Source: Nitrosovibrio sp. Nv4
GTDB taxonomy: Bacteria; Pseudomonadota; Gammaproteobacteria; Burkholderiales; SG8-39
NCBI GenBank assembly: GCA_945906765.1
Contig: CAMDRF010000004.1
Coordinates: 1-62,501, forward strand
Direction of reading: 5' to 3'
Length of the DNA: 62,501 nucleotides
Shown here: positions 45,647-55,938 of the stretch, one piece after another
Layout: each line of letters starts with the position of its first letter
Position numbering within the stretch: position 1 is the first letter of the stretch
Program-made: the position numbers and the translations under genes
Notes under the pieces: generated by a model
What the model was told of the DNA's origin: nothing
Database searches by the model: none
Seen by the model: the letters and a program-made list of their open reading frames with translations, nothing else

Positions 45647-47032
45647 ATGAATTATCTGCCGATATTCCTCGATATCCGCGACCAGCCTTGCCTGGTGGTG
45701 GGCGGCGGCGAGGTGGCCGCGCGCAAATGCGCGATGCTGCTGCGCGCGGGGGCACGGGTGACGGTGCTCGCGCCGTCGCTGAACGCGGCTTTCAGCGCCG
45801 ATCTTGCCGCTGCCCGGATCGTGCATCGCGCGACGGAATTTCGGGACGAGGATCTTGCCGGGGTTGCGCTGGCGATTGCCGCCACCGACGACGATGCTGT
45901 GAATCGCGCGGTGGCCGCGGGCGCCAGGGCACGGCATATCCCGGTAAACGTGGTGGACCAGCCGGCGCTGTGTTCTTTCATCCTGCCCTCGATCATCGAG
46001 CGCGCGCCCCTCATCGTTGCGGTATCCAGTGGCGGTGCCTCGCCGGTGCTTGCGCGGCTGCTGCGCGCGCGCCTGGAGACGCTCATTCCCGCTGGCTACG
46101 GCCGCCTCGCCGCGCTGGCCGGAGCGTTCCGTGACCAGGTCAAGGCGCGCTTCGAGCCGGCGCAACGGCGGCGCTTCTGGGAACGCGTGCTGCAAGGTCC
46201 GATCGCCGAATTGGTGTACGGCGGCCGGGAGGGCGAGGCCCGCAAGGCCTTGCAGGAAACACTGCATGACCCGCGCCTCGTCATCAGCGGCGGCGAGGTG
46301 TCTCTGGTCGGCGCCGGACCGGGGGATCCGGATCTGCTCACCTTTCGTGCGCTGCGCCTCATGCAGCGGGCCGACGTGGTAGTGTATGACCGGCTGGTTT
46401 CGCAGCCTGTTCTTGATCTGGTACGGCGCGACGCCGAGCGCATTTATGCCGGCAAGGAGCGCGCCAAGCACGCGCTGCCGCAGGAAGACATCAATCACCT
46501 GCTGATTCGCCTGGCGAAGGAAGGCAAGCGCGTGGTGCGCCTGAAAGGCGGCGATCCGTTCATTTTCGGGCGCGGCGGCGAAGAGCTCGACACGCTCGCC
46601 GCCGAAGGTGTCCCGTTCCAGGTGGTGCCCGGCATCACGGCGGCTTCGGGCTGTGCGGCCTATGCCGGCATCCCGCTCACTCACCGCGATTGCGCGCAGT
46701 CCGTGGTATTCATCACCGGCCACCTGCAGGACGGCAGCATGAATCTCAACTGGCCGGCGCTGGCGCAGCCGCGCCAGACCATCGTGTTCTACATGGGACT
46801 GATCGGCGTGGATATCCTGTGCCGCGAGTTGATCGCGCACGGCCTGCCGGCCGCGACGCCCGCCGCGCTCATCCAGCAGGGCACCATGCCGGAGCAGCGC
46901 GTACTTGCCGGCGATCTGGAGACGCTGCCCCGGATCGTGCGCGAGGGCGGCGTGAAAGCGCCCACCCTCATCATCATTGGCGAGGTGGTGAAGCTGCGGG
47001 ATCGCCTCAAATGGTTCGAGCCGGCGGCATGA
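45647..47032 (+). CDS. cysG: Siroheme synthase
   Basis: MNYLPIF, VGGGEVA, SSGGASP, LVGAGPGDPDLLT, LKGGDPFIFGRGGEE. Confidence 0.96.
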   Translation: MNYLPIFLDIRDQPCLVVGGGEVAARKCAMLLRAGARVTVLAPSLNAAFSADLAAARIVHRATEFRDEDLAGVALAIAATDDDAVNRAVAAGARARHIPVNVVDQPALCSFILPSIIERAPLIVAVSSGGASPVLARLLRARLETLIPAGYGRLAALAGAFRDQVKARFEPAQRRRFWERVLQGPIAELVYGGREGEARKALQETLHDPRLVISGGEVSLVGAGPGDPDLLTFRALRLMQRADVVVYDRLVSQPVLDLVRRDAERIYAGKERAKHALPQEDINHLLIRLAKEGKRVVRLKGGDPFIFGRGGEELDTLAAEGVPFQVVPGITAASGCAAYAGIPLTHRDCAQSVVFITGHLQDGSMNLNWPALAQPRQTIVFYMGLIGVDILCRELIAHGLPAATPAALIQQGTMPEQRVLAGDLETLPRIVREGGVKAPTLIIIGEVVKLRDRLKWFEPAA

Positions 47033-47364
47033 GCGTCACGCAAGGATTCGTGGTGGCGGCAAGGGCGGGCGAGCTTGCGCCGGGCCGCATGAAGCGGGTC
47101 GATATTGGCGGCCGGCGCATCCTGCTGGCGAACGTCGGGGGACATTACTACGCGGTGGACGATACCTGCACCCATGAAGATGCTTCGCTCTCGACCGGTT
47201 TCCTGAAAGACGAGCTGGTCAAATGCCCGCTGCACGGCAGCCGCTTCAACGTTCGCACCGGCGAAGCACTTGAGGAACCGGCGGAGGCGGCGCTCCGGAC
47301 CTATCCGCTGCGCCTGGAAGGCGAGCGCATCCTGATCGATTTGTCCGAAGCGGGGACGCCATGA
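47029..47364 (+). CDS. Rieske-type 2Fe-2S ferredoxin
   Basis: CTH...CPLH; ATGA overlap with cysG. Confidence 0.9.
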   Translation: MSVTQGFVVAARAGELAPGRMKRVDIGGRRILLANVGGHYYAVDDTCTHEDASLSTGFLKDELVKCPLHGSRFNVRTGEALEEPAEAALRTYPLRLEGERILIDLSEAGTP

Positions 47365-48479
47365 GCATCCCCGTCCGGGCGATCCCCGCCGATCCCGCGG
47401 CCCTGATGCGTTCCATCCTCAAGCGCATCGCCACCGGCCCGGAGCTGAGCAAGGACATCTCGCGCGAGGAGACCTGCGCCGGCATGCGTCTGGTGCTCGA
47501 TGGGCAAGTCGATCCGGTGCAGGCCGGGATATTCCTGATCGCGCTGCGCATGAAGCGCGAGACGGACGATGAAAACCGCGGCGTCCTCGAAGCCATCCGC
47601 GAGGCGACGCGCCATGCCATCGCGCCGGTGGACGAGGTGGTGGATATCGGCGATCCCTACGACGGCTACATCCGCACGCTGCCGGCTTCGCCCTTCCTTG
47701 CGCCGGTCCTCGCCGCCTGCGGCGTCGCGGCGGTATCTCATGGCGTCGAGCGCATGGGGCCCAAGTACGGCGTCACGCATCGGCAGGTGCTTGGCGCCGC
47801 CGGCCTGCCAGTGGATCTGGCGCCCGAAGAAGCCGCCGCGCGCGTGGGCGACCCGGCCATCGGCTGGGCCTACATCGATCAGAGTAATTTCTGCCCGAAA
47901 CTCCATGCACTCGCGGCCCTGCGCACGCTGATCGTCAAACGGCCGGCCATTACCACCGTCGAGGTTCTGGCCGGGCCCATCCGCGGCCGTGTGAAAACGC
48001 ATCTCGTCACCGGTTACGTGCACAAACCCTATCCGCGCATTTACGCGCTGCTCGCGCGCCACGCCGGCTTCGATTCCGCGCTCATCGTGCGCGGGGTCGA
48101 GGGCGGCGTGATTCCGTCCCTCTCTCATGCCGGCAAGGTGTTCCACTATCACGGCGGCGGCGAGGAGAACTCCACGGATTGCAAGCCGGCCGACTTGGGA
48201 ATCGACCAGTCCGTGCGCGCGCCGCGCATTCCCGGCGCGAGCCTCGAGGGCCAGAGCGAAGCGCCGCTCGATGCCGCCGCCGTGGCGAAAGCGGCCGCCG
48301 AGGCCGGCATGGCGGCGCTCGCCGGCGAGCCCGGCGCGACGCGCGACTGCCTGACCTACGGCGCTGCGCTGTGCCTGTGGCATCTCGGGCGCCACGGCGA
48401 CCTGAGAAGCGCCGCCGACGCCGTGCGAATCACACTCGATCGCGGCAAGGCGCTGAAGCATCTTCATCAGGCAATTTGA
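47361..48479 (+). CDS. Anthranilate phosphoribosyltransferase-like (TrpD/YbiB-like) protein
   Basis: FLIALRMKRETDDE N-domain, VSHG, GYVHKPY, RGVEG; DPYDG replaces canonical GTGG. Confidence 0.78.
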   Translation: MSIPVRAIPADPAALMRSILKRIATGPELSKDISREETCAGMRLVLDGQVDPVQAGIFLIALRMKRETDDENRGVLEAIREATRHAIAPVDEVVDIGDPYDGYIRTLPASPFLAPVLAACGVAAVSHGVERMGPKYGVTHRQVLGAAGLPVDLAPEEAAARVGDPAIGWAYIDQSNFCPKLHALAALRTLIVKRPAITTVEVLAGPIRGRVKTHLVTGYVHKPYPRIYALLARHAGFDSALIVRGVEGGVIPSLSHAGKVFHYHGGGEENSTDCKPADLGIDQSVRAPRIPGASLEGQSEAPLDAAAVAKAAAEAGMAALAGEPGATRDCLTYGAALCLWHLGRHGDLRSAADAVRITLDRGKALKHLHQAI

Positions 48480-48547
48480 TGAGCGCCTTCGCAACTCCAA
48501 TGCGTGAACCGCGCTCGCCACGCCACAATTCCGCATGAGCGAAGCCA

Positions 48548-48607
48548 CTGATGGGCTTCGGCGGCATCACCGCGCTGGGCTGCACCATCGTCGCCGGCGC
48601 GGCGCTA
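48548..48607 (+). pseudogene. Tiny relic of a YeeE/YedE sulfur-compound transporter
   Basis: Reads LMGFGGITALGCTI-VAGAAL, matching the YeeE C-terminal GxG..GC motif. Confidence 0.5.
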
Positions 48608-48626
48608 GAGGGCGCCCGCCAACGCT

Positions 48627-49406
48627 CTAGAGCGTTCCTGGATAGGCGCCGCCGTCCATCAGCAGATTCTGGCCGGTGATAAAACCGGCGTGTGTGCTGC
48701 ACAGGAACGCGCAGGCGGCGCCGAACTCCTCGATGCTGCCGAAGCGCTTCGCGGGGTTGGCTTCGGCGCGCGCTTGCGCCAGCTCCTCCGGCGTTTTGCC
48801 GAGTTTTTTCGCGTTGAATACCATATTGGCGCGCAGGCGATCGGTGTCGAATGGCCCGGGCAGCAGGCCGTTGATGGTGACGTTATGCGCCACCGTCTGG
48901 CGCGAGAGGCCGGCGACGAAGCCGGTGAGGCCGGTGCGGGCGCCGTTCGACAGGCCGAGCTCCGGAATCGGCATCTTTACCGCAGCGGAGGTGATGTTGA
49001 CGATGCGGCCGAATTTGCGCGCGATCATGCCGTCCAGCGTCGCCTTGATCAGCTCGATCGGCGTCAGCATGTTGGCGTCCAGCGCCTTCAGCCAGTCCTC
49101 GCGCGACCAGCTCCTGAAGTCGCCGGGCGGCGGGCCGCCCGCGTTGTTGATGAGAATGTCCGGGTTGGGGCAGGCGGCGAGCGCCGCGGCGCGTCCGTCG
49201 GCCGTAGCGATGTCGCCCGCGATCGCGATGACCTGCACGCCGCTGCTTTTGCGGATCGCCTCCGCCGTCGCCTCCAGCGCCTCCTTGCCGCGCGCGGTGA
49301 TGACCAGATTCACGCCCTCGCTCGCGAGCGCCATCGCGCAGCCCTTGCCCAAGCCCTTCGATGCCGCGCATACCAGCGCGGTCCTGCCCTTGATTCCCAG
49401 ATCCAT
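48627..49406 (-). CDS. SDR family oxidoreductase
   Basis: AASKGLG, NNAGGPPPG, LLPGPFDT, ITGQNLLMDGG. Confidence 0.92.
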   Translation of the reverse strand: MDLGIKGRTALVCAASKGLGKGCAMALASEGVNLVITARGKEALEATAEAIRKSSGVQVIAIAGDIATADGRAAALAACPNPDILINNAGGPPPGDFRSWSREDWLKALDANMLTPIELIKATLDGMIARKFGRIVNITSAAVKMPIPELGLSNGARTGLTGFVAGLSRQTVAHNVTINGLLPGPFDTDRLRANMVFNAKKLGKTPEELAQARAEANPAKRFGSIEEFGAACAFLCSTHAGFITGQNLLMDGGAYPGTL

Positions 49407-49408
49407 GA

Positions 49409-50317
49409 TCAGTTCCTTTTAAGAGAGACGAGCAGCACGCCCGAGACGACGAGTGCGCCGCCGAGCATCTGCGCCACGCTGAGCGCGCCATTGAGCAGGA
49501 CAAAATCGGCGAGCACGGTGGTGACCGGGCCGAGTGCGCCGATGAGCGCGAAGTGGTTGGCGCCGATGCGCTTCAACGCCTCGGCGACGAGGAATACCGG
49601 CAGCACGGTGCATACGCTGGCGAGCGCGATCGCGATCCACCACAGGTTCGCGGGCAGCTCGAGCGCGGCCGGCGATTCGAGGATGAAAAACTGTACGACC
49701 GCCGGCGCGGTGGAAACAATCATGGTGTAGGCGGTGAAGCGGATGCTGCCGACGCGCTGCACCAGCTGGCCGCCGGTGACCAGATACACGGCGTAGCACA
49801 TTGCCGAGGCGAAGATCAGCAGGGCGCCGAAGACGAAGCTGCTGTGCTCCGGCGCCGCGGAAATCTGGCTCGAGAGCAGCAACGCGATTCCGCTGTAGGT
49901 AATCGCGAGGGCGGCAAGCTGCCGCAGGGCCGGGTTCTTCTTCAGGAACACGGCGCTCAGGATCACCACCAGCGTCGGGTAGAGAAACATGATCAGCCGC
50001 CCGACGCCGGCTGAAACGTATTGCAGGCCGAGAAAATCGAGCAGGCTGGCGAAGTAGTAGCCGAGGAAGCCCAGGCCGACAATGCCGAGCCAGTCGCGCC
50101 GCGCGATCGGTGCGGCAGAAGGATTGTTGCGGCGCATCCACCAGGCCATCGCGAGGAAAAACGGCAGCGACAGCGTCATGCGCAGGAAGAGAAGAGTGGT
50201 CGCGCTGACCGGATGCACCGAATAGCCCAGCTTGATGAGAATCGGCCGGAAAGCGAAGGTCACCGTTCCGGCGAGGGCAAACACGATGCCCCACATTCTG
50301 AAGCTGTTTGAATTCAA
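49409..50317 (-). CDS. DMT/EamA family transporter
   Basis: About ten TM helices in two EamA repeats; start uncertain. Confidence 0.88.
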   Translation of the reverse strand: MNSNSFRMWGIVFALAGTVTFAFRPILIKLGYSVHPVSATTLLFLRMTLSLPFFLAMAWWMRRNNPSAAPIARRDWLGIVGLGFLGYYFASLLDFLGLQYVSAGVGRLIMFLYPTLVVILSAVFLKKNPALRQLAALAITYSGIALLLSSQISAAPEHSSFVFGALLIFASAMCYAVYLVTGGQLVQRVGSIRFTAYTMIVSTAPAVVQFFILESPAALELPANLWWIAIALASVCTVLPVFLVAEALKRIGANHFALIGALGPVTTVLADFVLLNGALSVAQMLGGALVVSGVLLVSLKRN

Positions 50318-51420
50318 GCCAGATCTCGAAGCGCCTGCTGAAGTCGCCGCGAATTTTCCGGTTGTGCCAGTTGGATAATTTCATTCAATCCCGAGGGACT
50401 ACGAAGATGCAGACGTTCGTAGATCGCAATCGGGATCTCTCGGTTATCCTTGAAGCGCTGATCCGGCTCTCCCGACTTGTTTACATACATCCAAGTTTTT
50501 CCGACAACTTCTGCGCCTTTTGGTAACTCGCCAGACTCAACAAATCGTTCCTTTGACGTTGAGATAGAGAGGTCTGAATACCTTATCGCACCATATCCTT
50601 CAGGTGCTTCTACAAGAATTCGATCGGGTAAGAAAAACAGGTTCTGTTGCCCGACAGGAAGCATTGGCACGGAAATATTTGTCTTGAGGTGTATTGGCCC
50701 GGCCCCAACGTTCGGCAAGATCGCCTTCCTCTCTATGGTCGACGTCGCGCCAGCAGAACGCCTTGAGTCAGGCGCGCTTTGCTCTGACGAGATGTGCCAC
50801 GCACCTCCAGATGCGGCAAGGTCTTCAAACGCAGTGCAGAGATCGCGATACGGTTTCTCGATGTCGTCGTCAAGTTCGTACATTGAGACCATGTAACGCT
50901 CCGCTTCATCTTTCTGGTAACACCAGAAGGTCAGTGCAATCCCAATTACTGAAGCGCAGGTCCATAGCCAACTGCTAACGCCAGAAACGCCGAGTCCGAC
51001 AACGACCGCTATGGTTACACCGGCAATCCAAGGCCACGTATTCGCTCTGTTGCGCTTTGCATTCAACTCGCCAAGTAGTTCCTCGGATGTCGCGTCGACC
51101 ATTCTGAGCGCACTTCCACTTTCAAATTCAGTGACTTTGGGCGCATCCGAATCTGCTATGGCATCGCGCGAATCATTATTCTCCAATGACGGCGGCACGA
51201 TTTTCTTGGCCAAGTCCCTGAACGCGGTTGCACTCCCGATTGGCTGGCCTGGAAGCGTTTTCCGGTAATAGATGCCTTCGCGGCCCGCGTGAACATAATT
51301 GCCTTGGGCCCCAGAGCCGATGCGGAGTCCACGAACGCCGGCGGAGATGCCAATTCCCGATTTCGAAATATTGAATCTAAGAGGTCCTACCGAGATTGCC
51401 TTGCGTATGTAGAACGGCAT
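50314..51420 (-). CDS. DUF4236-domain membrane protein (lower GC)
   Basis: FYIRKAISVGPLRFNISKSGIGISAG N-terminus, two TM, NKSGEPDQRFKDN. Confidence 0.8.
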   Translation of the reverse strand: MPFYIRKAISVGPLRFNISKSGIGISAGVRGLRIGSGAQGNYVHAGREGIYYRKTLPGQPIGSATAFRDLAKKIVPPSLENNDSRDAIADSDAPKVTEFESGSALRMVDATSEELLGELNAKRNRANTWPWIAGVTIAVVVGLGVSGVSSWLWTCASVIGIALTFWCYQKDEAERYMVSMYELDDDIEKPYRDLCTAFEDLAASGGAWHISSEQSAPDSRRSAGATSTIERKAILPNVGAGPIHLKTNISVPMLPVGQQNLFFLPDRILVEAPEGYGAIRYSDLSISTSKERFVESGELPKGAEVVGKTWMYVNKSGEPDQRFKDNREIPIAIYERLHLRSPSGLNEIIQLAQPENSRRLQQALRDLA

Positions 51421-51430
51421 GACAGCGTTG

Positions 51431-52999
51431 CTACCGCCGTTTAGATGTCATGCTAACTGGCGATCTGTATCGTTTCGATACCGGCGGCATTCCCTCTTTT
51501 GGGTTCGTGCCGCCATCGAGTCTCGTAATTGAACTGAGGATGCCTCGAATTATTCTTTGTCCAATATCGCGTCCGATTTGAGAGCCAATCGCCCTCTGAA
51601 TATTTCTCGCAAGTGGAGAATCGAGAAGAGCCTTTAACGCATTGGACGCCTTGTCCATGGTTGATTGGGCAGGCTGCTCGCCGGAGTCTTTCTCTTTCGT
51701 TGGTGGCACCTCCAGCCCGACATGAAGCATTTCAAACGCGGACTCCTTGTCAATTACCTCCTGATACTTCTGGCAAAGAGAGGATCCCTCGATCAATCGG
51801 AGCCTCTCGCTCTCCGATATGGGGCCGAGCTGGCTTCCGGGAGGAACGACAAATGCCCGTTCAACTACGTTTGGTCGTCCTTTCTCGTCAAGAAACGAAA
51901 TCAGGGCCTCCCCCACAGCGAGTTCAGTGATGATTCGTTCGACCTTGAGCTTCGGATTCGGTCGCATGGTCTCGGCGGCCGATTTCACTGCCTTCTGGTC
52001 GCGCGGGGTGAAGGCGCGCAGCGCGTGCTGCACGCGGTTGCCGAGTTGCCCCAGCACCGTGTCCGGGATGTCGAGCGGGTTCTGAGTCACGAAGTAGACG
52101 CCTACGCCCTTGGAGCGGATGAGGCGCACCATCTGTTCGATCTTATCGAGCAATGCCTTGGGCGCTTCATTGAAAAGCAAATGTGCTTCGTCGAAAAAAA
52201 ACACGAGAACTGGTTTCTCGGGATCGCCAAGTTCTGGAAGGTGCTCAAAAAGCTCTGCAAGCATCCACAAAAGGAATGTGCCGTAGAGCTTGGGCGAATT
52301 CATCAGTTTTTCGGCGGCAAGGATGTTGACAACTCCCTTGCCATCTCGAACCTGCATTAGGTCTTTGATGTCCAACATGCGCTCGCCAAAGAACGAATCC
52401 GCGCCTTGGCTTTCAAGCGAAAGAAGACCTCTCTGGATGGCTCCGATTGAGGTGGTAGAAACGTTGCCGTACTCCGTGGTGAAATCCGATGCTTTGTCTC
52501 CCACATACTGGAGCATTGCGCGGAGGTCCTTTGCATCGAGCAAAGGGAGCTTCCGATCGTCGGCGATCCTGAAAACGAGATTGAGCACGCCCTCCTGGGT
52601 GTCGTTCAGGTTGAGCATCCGCGCGAGCAGCAGCGGGCCCATGTCCGACACCGTGGCGCGCACCGGATGGCCGCTCTTGCCGAACACGTCCCAGAACGTC
52701 ACCGGGCAGGCGGCGAAGGCGATGTCGATCTTGAGGCTCTTGGCGCGCTCGGCGACTTTGGGATTGCCGCCGCCGGCGGAGTTGGGGCCTCCGGCTAGTG
52801 CGAGCCCGGCGAGATCGCCTTTCACGTCGGCCATGAACACCGGCACGCCGATGGCGGAGAAGCCTTGCGCCAGGGTTTGCAGCGTCACGGTCTTGCCAGT
52901 GCCGGTCGCGCCGGCGATCAGGCCGTGGCGGTTGGCGAGCGCGGGCAGCAGGACAAGATCCGCCTTCGGGTTTTTCGCGATCAGAATCGGCGCGGCCAT
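51431..52999 (-). CDS. HerA-like ATPase (YjgR/DUF853 family)
   Basis: [37 protein letters not shown]. Confidence 0.92.
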   Translation of the reverse strand: MAAPILIAKNPKADLVLLPALANRHGLIAGATGTGKTVTLQTLAQGFSAIGVPVFMADVKGDLAGLALAGGPNSAGGGNPKVAERAKSLKIDIAFAACPVTFWDVFGKSGHPVRATVSDMGPLLLARMLNLNDTQEGVLNLVFRIADDRKLPLLDAKDLRAMLQYVGDKASDFTTEYGNVSTTSIGAIQRGLLSLESQGADSFFGERMLDIKDLMQVRDGKGVVNILAAEKLMNSPKLYGTFLLWMLAELFEHLPELGDPEKPVLVFFFDEAHLLFNEAPKALLDKIEQMVRLIRSKGVGVYFVTQNPLDIPDTVLGQLGNRVQHALRAFTPRDQKAVKSAAETMRPNPKLKVERIITELAVGEALISFLDEKGRPNVVERAFVVPPGSQLGPISESERLRLIEGSSLCQKYQEVIDKESAFEMLHVGLEVPPTKEKDSGEQPAQSTMDKASNALKALLDSPLARNIQRAIGSQIGRDIGQRIIRGILSSITRLDGGTNPKEGMPPVSKRYRSPVSMTSKRR

Positions 53000-53016
53000 G
53001 ACGGTAAAATTATCAC

Positions 53017-53742
53017 ATGGCCGGACACAGTAAATGGGCGAATATCAAGCACCGCAAAGCGGCGGCCGATTCCAAGAAGGGCAAGGTGTTCACGCGCCTG
53101 ATCAAGGAAATCACCGTCGCGGCGCGCATGGGGGGCGGCGACCCGGACTCCAATCCGCGCCTGCGCATGATGCTCGACAAGGCGCGCGACGCCAACATGA
53201 CCAAGGACAGCGTGACGCGCGCCATCCAGCGCGGCACCGGTGAGCTCGAGGGCGTCGACTACGAGGCGATCCGCTACGAGGGCTACGGCACCGGCGGCGC
53301 CGCGGTGATGGTCGAGTGCCTGACCGACAACCGCACCCGCACGGTCGCCGAGGTGCGCCACGCCTTCGCCAAGCATGGCGGCAACATGGGGGCCGACGGC
53401 GCGGTGGCGTTTTTGTTCAAGCATTGCGGGCAATTCGTCTTTGCGCCGGGCGCGAACGAGGACCAGGTCATGGCGGCGGCGCTGGACGCCGGCGCCGACG
53501 ACGTGGTGACAAACGCGGACGACTCCGTGGAGGTCCTCTGCGCGCCGCCAGATTTCGACAAGGTCAAGGCCGCCCTGGAGAAGTCCGGGCTCAAGCCCGA
53601 TGCCGCCGAAGTCACGATGAAGCCCTTGTCCGAGACCGCACTCGCCGGCGCGGACGCGGAGAAAATGCGCGGTCTGCTGGATGCGCTGGACGAACTGGAC
53701 GACGTCCAGAACGTTTATACGACGGCGGCGCTCGACGAGTGA
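53017..53742 (+). CDS. yebC: YebC/PmpR family protein
   Basis: [26 protein letters not shown]. Confidence 0.95.
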   Translation: MAGHSKWANIKHRKAAADSKKGKVFTRLIKEITVAARMGGGDPDSNPRLRMMLDKARDANMTKDSVTRAIQRGTGELEGVDYEAIRYEGYGTGGAAVMVECLTDNRTRTVAEVRHAFAKHGGNMGADGAVAFLFKHCGQFVFAPGANEDQVMAAALDAGADDVVTNADDSVEVLCAPPDFDKVKAALEKSGLKPDAAEVTMKPLSETALAGADAEKMRGLLDALDELDDVQNVYTTAALDE

Positions 53743-54254
53743 GGATTCTTGGCATCGATCCCGGTCTGCGCATCACGGGCTTCGGCGTCATCGAGCAAAC
53801 GGGCAGCAAGCTTCGCTACCTCACCAGCGGTTGCGTGCGCTCCGGCGAGGGCGAGCTCGCCGCGCGCCTCAAAGTGATTCTCGATGGCCTGGCGGAGGTG
53901 ATCGACGCGAATCGGCCGCACGAAGTCGCGATCGAGAAGGTTTTCGTCAACGTCAATCCGCAGTCGACGCTGCTGCTGGGCCAGGCGCGCGGCACCGCGA
54001 TCTGCGCCGCGGTCATCGCCGGCCTGCCGGTCGCGGAGTACACTGCGCTGCAGGTCAAGCAAGCCGTGGTCGGCAAGGGCCACGCAAAAAAAGAACAGGT
54101 GCAGCACATGGTCAGAAGGTTGCTCGCACTGCCCGGAGACCCCAGCCCCGACGCCGCCGACGCGCTCGCCTGCGCCATCTGCCATGCGCATGGCAGGCAA
54201 CTGGGTGGTTTTTCGACTAAAGGTCTTCGCATCCGGAAAGGGCGCCTGGCGTGA
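53739..54254 (+). CDS. ruvC: Holliday junction resolvase
   Basis: [25 protein letters not shown]. Confidence 0.96.
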   Translation: MRILGIDPGLRITGFGVIEQTGSKLRYLTSGCVRSGEGELAARLKVILDGLAEVIDANRPHEVAIEKVFVNVNPQSTLLLGQARGTAICAAVIAGLPVAEYTALQVKQAVVGKGHAKKEQVQHMVRRLLALPGDPSPDAADALACAICHAHGRQLGGFSTKGLRIRKGRLA

Positions 54255-54820
54255 TCGGGCGCCTTGCAGGCACGCTCATCGCCAAGCAACCGCCTCAAGT
54301 ACTGCTCGAGGTAGCAGGCGTCGGCTACGAGATCGACGTCCCGATGAGCACTTTCTACAACCTGCCCGCGACTGGCGAAGCGGTGACCCTGCACACGCAC
54401 CTCGTAGTGCGCGAAGACGCCCATGTGCTCTACGGATTTGCGACGCTCGAAGAGCGATCGGCATTTCGCAAACTGATCCGCATCTCGGGGGTCGGCGCGC
54501 GCACTGCGTTATCCGTTCTTTCCGGCCTCTCGGTCGCGGATCTCGCGCTGGCGGTGACGCTGCAGGATACGGCGCGGCTCACCAAGGTTCCCGGCATCGG
54601 CAAGAAGACGGCGGAGCGCCTGCTGCTGGAACTCAAGGGCAAGCTCTCCGACGCGCTGCCGGCAGGGGCGAAAACCGGCTCGGGCAATGATGTGCTGAAC
54701 GCGCTGCTGGGATTGGGCTACAGCGAGAAGGAAGCGCTCAATGCGGTTAAGGGTTTGCCCACGGGGTTGGCGGTGACCGAAGGCATACGGGCGGCGTTGA
54801 AGGCGCTGGCGAAAAGCTAG
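54251..54820 (+). CDS. ruvA: Holliday junction DNA-binding protein
   Basis: [26 protein letters not shown]. Confidence 0.96.
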   Translation: MIGRLAGTLIAKQPPQVLLEVAGVGYEIDVPMSTFYNLPATGEAVTLHTHLVVREDAHVLYGFATLEERSAFRKLIRISGVGARTALSVLSGLSVADLALAVTLQDTARLTKVPGIGKKTAERLLLELKGKLSDALPAGAKTGSGNDVLNALLGLGYSEKEALNAVKGLPTGLAVTEGIRAALKALAKS

Positions 54821-55938
54821 TCAGCGAATCGCCCTAAGTCGGGAGATTGCTTCCGCGATCTCCTTCTGCTTCGCCTCGATCAGGTCGAGAATTTCCTCCG
54901 GCGTGCGCGTGTCCTCTTCGACTTTGGCATTCGGATTTACGGCCTTCAGGTCGTAACCTTTCTGTTCGAGAACCGCGCGCTCGACGGTCCAGCTGCGCTC
55001 GCTCGATTCGCGCTTCGGCAGCCGCGCGAAGAAGTCCTCGAAGTGCGCGAGCGTGAGCGGGGACTTCTTTCCCATCTTGATGTCGGAGAGATCGTAATAC
55101 CAGATGCGCTCCGTCGGTCCGCCGCGGGTGAAGAAAAGGAGGTTCGTCTTCACGCCGGCGCCGGCGTTCACGAATGCGCCCGCCGGGCTTGAGGCTGTCG
55201 ATGACGTGCTGCAGGAACAGCACTTGTGTGGCGCCGGTCTTGTAGGGGAAGCGCGTTTGCGCGTCCTTGCCTTCCGTGCCGCCGAACGGCGGGTTGGTGA
55301 GCACCACGTCGTAGAGCGATGGCGCATCCTGAAACAGGCCACCGTATATTTCCCCGCCCGTCAGCGTATTGCCATGCCAGAGATGCGGCTCATCCACCCC
55401 ATGCAGGACGAGATTGGCGAGCGCGATCGGATAGATCAGGTTCTCCTTCTCCCGGCCGTAAAGCGTCCTGTGCTTGAGGGTATCCAGTTCGTCGGGTGTG
55501 ATGCTGTCGCCCAGGCGGCCGCGCATGTACTCGAAGGCCTGCGCGAGAAACCCGCCGGTGCCGCAGCCGGGGTCGTACACCGTCTCGCCCGCCTTCGGGT
55601 CGACGGCGCGCACCACCGCGCGGATGACTTCCCGGGGCGTGAAGAACTGCCCGCCGTCGTTGCCCTTCTCGCCCATCTTGAGCAGCAGTCCCTCGTAGAT
55701 AACGGAAGGGCGCGGCGAACGAAGGCGAGAATTCCGCGCTCACCGCCTCGGCGTGCTCCGCTTCGTACTGCTCGCGCTCGTCCAGAATCCGCAGAAACAG
55801 GATCCAGGTCAGCTCGGGCACGTACTGCATCGAGCCCGCGCAGTTGGAGCGGCGCATCACGTCGCAGATGCTCTTGATCGCGCCGTTCAGCGACTGCTGC
55901 GTCGCGTGGCGCTTGCCGTTCTGCGTCCCAGTTCTCAT
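54821..55938 (-). pseudogene. hsdM: Type I R-M methyltransferase, internally deleted and frameshifted
   Basis: Three frames: ICDVMRRSN..ELTWILFLR; GQFFTPREV, DPGCGTGGFL, NPPFGG; GVKTNLLFF..YYDLS. Confidence 0.85.
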
